Positions 59,961 to 64,000 of a DNA stretch of 64,000 nucleotides are shown here, one piece after another. Under the pieces are notes generated by a model. That model saw nothing but the letters and a program-made list of their open reading frames with translations, did no database searches and was not told the origin of the DNA. This DNA comes from an uncultured Acidiferrobacteraceae bacterium (GTDB taxonomy: Bacteria; Pseudomonadota; Gammaproteobacteria; Acidiferrobacterales; SZUA-150). The stretch's first letter is position 1, and the number at the start of each line of letters is the position of its first letter. A program made the translations under genes and the position numbers. The stretch spans positions 93,279 through 157,278 of the forward strand of contig CAJVXY010000002.1 of NCBI GenBank assembly GCA_913009895.1. Direction: 5' to 3'.

Positions 59961-61067
59961 TTATCTCATCAGGCGAATGCCACTGCGGGCCTCGTTAAGG
60001 GTTTCCTGTAGCGAAGAAGATCCAGCAGCTCGAAGTCGTCGTTCCAGACCCCTGTTGATACGTCGGATCAGACCCGGGCCTTCGTAAATCAAGCCAGTAT
60101 AGATTTGCACCAAATCTGCCCCGGCGACCATTTTGTCCCAGGCATCTGTAGCGTTTTCGATTCCGCCCGTACCAATGATTGGCACCTTGCCCTGGAGATG
60201 GTTATAGAGTTTTCTGATTATTTCTGTGGACATTGTTTTCAGGGGCCTGCCACTTAAACCACCATTCTCAGTCGCATACAAATCGTTTTCCATGCCCGGT
60301 CGCATTACGGTGGTATTGGTTGCAATCACCGCATCAATTTTGTGTTTTAAAACTGTGTCTGCAATTGATTTTAATTCTTCGTCATTCAGGTCCGGTGCAA
60401 TTTTGACAGCAAGGGGCACATAATGACGCCGTGTTTGTGTTTGCACGATTTGTTCCTGTTTCAGGCAAGACAGGAGGCTGTCCAGGTTGTCACCTGACTG
60501 TAACTCTCTCAAGCCAGTGGTATTCGGAGAAGAGATATTGATGGCAATATAATGTGCATGGGGATAAACGGCGCGCATGGCCATTAAATAATCCTCGTTT
60601 GCCTGTGATATTGGTGTCGTGGCGTTTTTACCAATGTTGATACCAATGATACCTTTTTTGCCAAACAACCTGAGATTCATGAGAAAGCGGTTGACGCCGA
60701 CACTGGGAAAACCCAGGCGATTAATAATGGCGTGTTCAGACTCAAGTCGAAATATTCTCCTGCCAGGATTTCCTTTTTGTGATTTAGGCGTCACCGTACC
60801 CAGTTCCACCCAGCCAAATCCCAGGTCGGAGAAAGCACGGGTACAGGTACCATTTTTATCGAGACCGGCAGCCAGGCCCACAGGATTAGGAAAATCAATG
60901 CCCATTACATTTATACTGAGTTTTTTTATCTGGCCTGCCATCACCAGTCGAACGAGCAGGCCAATACCAGGCACCATGTATGCTGTTCGAAGAAAACGAA
61001 CCATGAGTTTGTGCGAGAACTCGGCACTGAATAAAAATAAAATCGGGCGAATTAGTTTTTTGTACAC
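59961..61067 (-). CDS. pyrD: Dihydroorotate dehydrogenase (quinone), class 2
   Basis: N-terminal membrane-association helices, GFGWVELGTVTP, NRLGFPS, INIGKN and GGLSGRPL. Confidence 0.9.
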   Translation of the reverse strand: MYKKLIRPILFLFSAEFSHKLMVRFLRTAYMVPGIGLLVRLVMAGQIKKLSINVMGIDFPNPVGLAAGLDKNGTCTRAFSDLGFGWVELGTVTPKSQKGNPGRRIFRLESEHAIINRLGFPSVGVNRFLMNLRLFGKKGIIGINIGKNATTPISQANEDYLMAMRAVYPHAHYIAINISSPNTTGLRELQSGDNLDSLLSCLKQEQIVQTQTRRHYVPLAVKIAPDLNDEELKSIADTVLKHKIDAVIATNTTVMRPGMENDLYATENGGLSGRPLKTMSTEIIRKLYNHLQGKVPIIGTGGIENATDAWDKMVAGADLVQIYTGLIYEGPGLIRRINRGLERRLRAAGSSSLQETLNEARSGIRLMR

Positions 61068-61145
61068 GTTGTTATGAATCCGAAATTTAAATGTTTAAAA
61101 ATAAAATGCTAATGATACCGTAATGTTCTATACAAAATGTATTAA

Positions 61146-61940
61146 TTAAATAAAGCTTTCGTTTTTACCCAGGTAACGCCACTGTCCTTCGGGTAAATGG
61201 CCCAACATGATCTTGCCAATACGAACCCGTTTTAAGCCAGTAACTTTAACCTCAACCTGGTCACACATACGCCGTATCTGGCGTTTGCGGCCTTCGATGA
61301 GAATAAATTTCAGTTGATCTTCGTTAAGGCGTGTGACCTTGGCTGGCTTTAATAATTTACCGTCCAGGGACAAACCATGGTTGAGCAGGGCCAGTTTTTC
61401 CTGGCTAATCTGGCCATCAATACGGACCAGGTATTCTTTTTCCACCGGACTGTTCTCGCCAACAAGCGTTTTGGCGACGCGTCCATCCTGGGTCAATACC
61501 AGTAAACCCTGGGAATCAATATCAAGACGGCCGGCAGGTGCCAGGCCCTGTAAATGTTTTTGACTGAAGCGGAGTGAATTATTTCTATATTTATTCTCAT
61601 TTTGGCCCTGGCCCTGATATTTTGCACTGTTTTTATATTGGTTGCCTCGATTCACCAGTGCCACGGCCGGGGTATAACCATCTTCGGCCTGTCCCGAGAC
61701 ATAACCGACAGGTTTATTAATCAACACCGTCACTTTATTGTCCTGGCTTTGTTGCGCCTGTTTATGCAGAACAATACTGGCAGCAGATTTTACCCGGGTA
61801 CCGAGTACATCGATGATCTGACCATCCACGGACACCAGCCCCTGCTCAATAAAGCGGTCGGCTTCGCGTCGCGAGCATAATCCCTGTTGGGACATGAGTT
61901 TGGACAGGCGAATATTTTCATTTTCAGGCTGGTCGGTCAT
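61146..61940 (-). CDS. rRNA pseudouridine synthase with S4 domain (RsuA/RluB/RluF family)
   Basis: S4 domain [29 protein letters not shown], catalytic [19 protein letters not shown], and RKRQIRRM. Confidence 0.85.
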   Translation of the reverse strand: MTDQPENENIRLSKLMSQQGLCSRREADRFIEQGLVSVDGQIIDVLGTRVKSAASIVLHKQAQQSQDNKVTVLINKPVGYVSGQAEDGYTPAVALVNRGNQYKNSAKYQGQGQNENKYRNNSLRFSQKHLQGLAPAGRLDIDSQGLLVLTQDGRVAKTLVGENSPVEKEYLVRIDGQISQEKLALLNHGLSLDGKLLKPAKVTRLNEDQLKFILIEGRKRQIRRMCDQVEVKVTGLKRVRIGKIMLGHLPEGQWRYLGKNESFI

Positions 61941-62037
61941 AACAGTGCGGATTATACAGGGATTCTGCTAAACTCGCCGCCCAGTAGAGTACAGAAAAGC
62001 AGATGAAAACACGCTTAAATCCAGTCACGAGGAGTGT

Positions 62038-63720
62038 ATGGCCAAGCCACTAAATAAAATCAGTTCCCGTATTACCCAACCCAAGTCCCAGGGCGCCTCC
62101 CAGGCCATGCTTTTAGGGACCGGTCTCAACGAGCAGGATCTGGCCAAGGCCGAGGTGGGCATTGCCAGTGTCTGGTGGGAAGGCAATACCTGCAATATGC
62201 ATTTGAACGACCTGGCTGCCAAAGTAAAAGAAGGCGTGGTCGCGGCCGACCTGGTGGGCATGCGCTTTAATACCATTGGTGTATCAGATGGTATTTCTAT
62301 GGGCACAGAAGGCATGAGTTACTCCCTGCAGTCCCGGGATCTGATCGCCGATTCCGTGGAAACCGTCATGGGAGGCCAGTGGTATGACGGCCTGATTGCC
62401 ATACCCGGCTGTGACAAGAATATGCCCGGGGTGTTGATCGCCATGGGGCGCTTGAACCGTCCCGCGCTCATGGTTTATGGCGGCACCATCAAACCCGGCC
62501 ATGGCAAGTCCGGTGAGACACTGGATATTGTGTCCGCCTTCCAGAGTTACGGCGCATTTATCACCGGCAAAATTGACGAAGAAACCCGCCAGGATGTGGT
62601 CAAAAATTCCTGTCCCGGTGCCGGTGCTTGTGGCGGTATGTATACGGCCAATACCATGGCCAGTGCCATCGAGGCGCTAGGTATGTCCTTGCCCTATAGC
62701 GCGTCTGTGCCGGCGGTTGATCCGGGTAAAACTGTAGAATGTTTAAAAGCAGGGCAGGCAATCAAAAACTTGTTGGAAAAAGATATTTGTCCGCGGGATA
62801 TTATGACCCGGGTAGCATTTGAGAATGCCATGGTGATTGTGATGGCGCTTGGTGGTTCTACCAATGCCGTATTGCATTTAATTGCTATGGCCAGATCGGT
62901 TGAGGTCGATTTGCAAATAGCAGATTTCCAGAAAGTCAGCGATCGCATTCCTTTTATTGCTGATCTTAAACCCAGCGGTCGATACGTAATGGAAGACTTG
63001 CATAATGTCGGCGGCATTCCGGCGGTCATGAAATATTTGCTAGAGAAAAATCTGCTGGATGGCAGTTGTCTTACTGTTACCGGCAAAACCATTGCTGAAA
63101 ATCTCAAGGACTTGCCCACACTTTTGGACGGCCAGGATGTTATCCTGCCTGTTGAGAAACCTATTAAAAGCAGTGGCCATATTCGGATTCTTAAAGGCAG
63201 CCTGGCACCGGGCGGTGCCGTGGCAAAAATTACCGGCAAGGAAGGTGAAAAATTTTCCGGCCCGGCAAAAGTTTACGATTCCGAAGAGGCCATGCTCAAG
63301 GCCCTGGAGGATAAAAAAATAAGCAAGGGCGATGTTGTGGTCATTCGTTATGAAGGGCCCAGGGGCGGCCCCGGCATGCCGGAAATGTTGACACCGACCT
63401 CAGCCATTATGGGTGCGGGTTTGGGTGACCATGTGGCCATGATTACCGATGGTCGTTTCTCCGGCGGCTCCCATGGGTTTATTGTTGGCCATGTGGTGCC
63501 CGAAGCGCAGGAGGGTGGGCCAATAGGACTGATTCAGGATGGCGATCTCATTACCATCGATGCAGTGGCCAATACCCTTGATGTTGATGTGAATGAAAAG
63601 GAGCTGGCTAGCCGCAAAGCAGCCTGGATCATGCCTGCCTACAAGGCCACGCGGGGCACGCTTTACAAATACATCAAGAATGTTAAAAACGCATCGGAAG
63701 GTTGCGTGACTGACGAATGA
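62038..63720 (+). CDS. ilvD: Dihydroxy-acid dehydratase
   Basis: [41 protein letters not shown] and [13 protein letters not shown]. Confidence 0.95.
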   Translation: MAKPLNKISSRITQPKSQGASQAMLLGTGLNEQDLAKAEVGIASVWWEGNTCNMHLNDLAAKVKEGVVAADLVGMRFNTIGVSDGISMGTEGMSYSLQSRDLIADSVETVMGGQWYDGLIAIPGCDKNMPGVLIAMGRLNRPALMVYGGTIKPGHGKSGETLDIVSAFQSYGAFITGKIDEETRQDVVKNSCPGAGACGGMYTANTMASAIEALGMSLPYSASVPAVDPGKTVECLKAGQAIKNLLEKDICPRDIMTRVAFENAMVIVMALGGSTNAVLHLIAMARSVEVDLQIADFQKVSDRIPFIADLKPSGRYVMEDLHNVGGIPAVMKYLLEKNLLDGSCLTVTGKTIAENLKDLPTLLDGQDVILPVEKPIKSSGHIRILKGSLAPGGAVAKITGKEGEKFSGPAKVYDSEEAMLKALEDKKISKGDVVVIRYEGPRGGPGMPEMLTPTSAIMGAGLGDHVAMITDGRFSGGSHGFIVGHVVPEAQEGGPIGLIQDGDLITIDAVANTLDVDVNEKELASRKAAWIMPAYKATRGTLYKYIKNVKNASEGCVTDE

Positions 63721-63770
63721 AATTATTATTAATTTCTTTAGGTTTTAATTTCTGAAATCTATTGCGAATA

Positions 63771-63866
63771 CCGTCATTCCGGCGCGACCAGAACCATCGG
63801 AGATGGTTTAGGAAGTCCATGATAAAACTCTGTCAGGAGGTTTTATGGAAAGCCGGAATCCAGAGG
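63771..63866. repeat. Long copy of the small inverted-repeat element (MITE/REP-like), 96 bp
   Basis: ccGTCATTCCGGcg ... agCCGGAATCCAGagg. The terminal inverted repeats (cATTCCGGC / GCCGGAATc) bracket about 70 bp with internal hairpins (ccatc-gga-gatgg and ataaaac...gttttat). Confidence 0.4.
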
Positions 63867-63950
63867 TTTACAACTGTGACGCGATAAAATTAACCCATCG
63901 TCTATTTGTAACAGGGCTTAGAAAAATAAATATTCAGGGAGTTTATTTCG

Positions 63951-64000
63951 TGAACAGAAAAATTAAGTTTTATAGTTTAATTATTTTATTTCTTGCAATC
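63951..64000 (+). CDS. Possible 5' end of a secreted or membrane protein, truncated by the window edge
   Basis: GTG AAC AGA AAA ATT AAG ... gives MNRKIKFYSLIILFLAI, which looks like a signal peptide. Only 17 codons are visible. Confidence 0.2.

Overview
The window reads as a chromosomal segment of a denitrifying Gammaproteobacterium-like organism; this is inferred from gene content only, and no database search was possible. Every product call rests on motifs I recognise in the supplied translations plus my own manual translation of a few regions. The left third (about 3.3-25.5 kb) is a respiratory nitrogen-oxide island. It holds a complete cytochrome cd1 nitrite reductase and heme d1 biogenesis operon (nirS-E-C-F-D-L-G-H-J-N), preceded by a NosR/NirI-type membrane flavo-FeS protein and followed by a Cys-less CRP/FNR (Dnr/NnrR-type) regulator. 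Directly upstream sits a cluster built around a ba3-like (B-family) heme-copper enzyme. Its ligand histidines line up almost residue-for-residue with Thermus ba3, but the cross-link tyrosine position is glutamine (GHSSQQ instead of HPxVY). That enzyme is flanked by heme A and heme O synthases, a SenC/SCO1 copper chaperone, a di-heme cytochrome b fused to 2x[4Fe-4S] and MvhD-like domains, a hemerythrin separated from that fusion by a single in-frame TGA, an anchored unknown protein, and a second degenerate heme-copper-like subunit. I consider this the most interesting candidate system, an atypical sNOR/eNOR-like NO reductase with a dedicated and apparently undescribed electron-input module. Three FNR/Dnr-type boxes lie in its promoters. 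The rest of the window is mostly housekeeping: rpsP-rimM-trmD-rplS, ogt, xerD, rep, dacB, gltA, aguBA, pyrD, ilvD. Also present are a FUSC-like/MFP/OMF efflux set, a small K+ channel, a PP2C-Ser/Thr kinase fusion, an MCP, GGDEF and HD-GYP proteins, and an amino-sugar gene trio. There are several small repeats, including a (TCCCTAG)6 tract. I found no rRNA, tRNA, CRISPR array or transposase.
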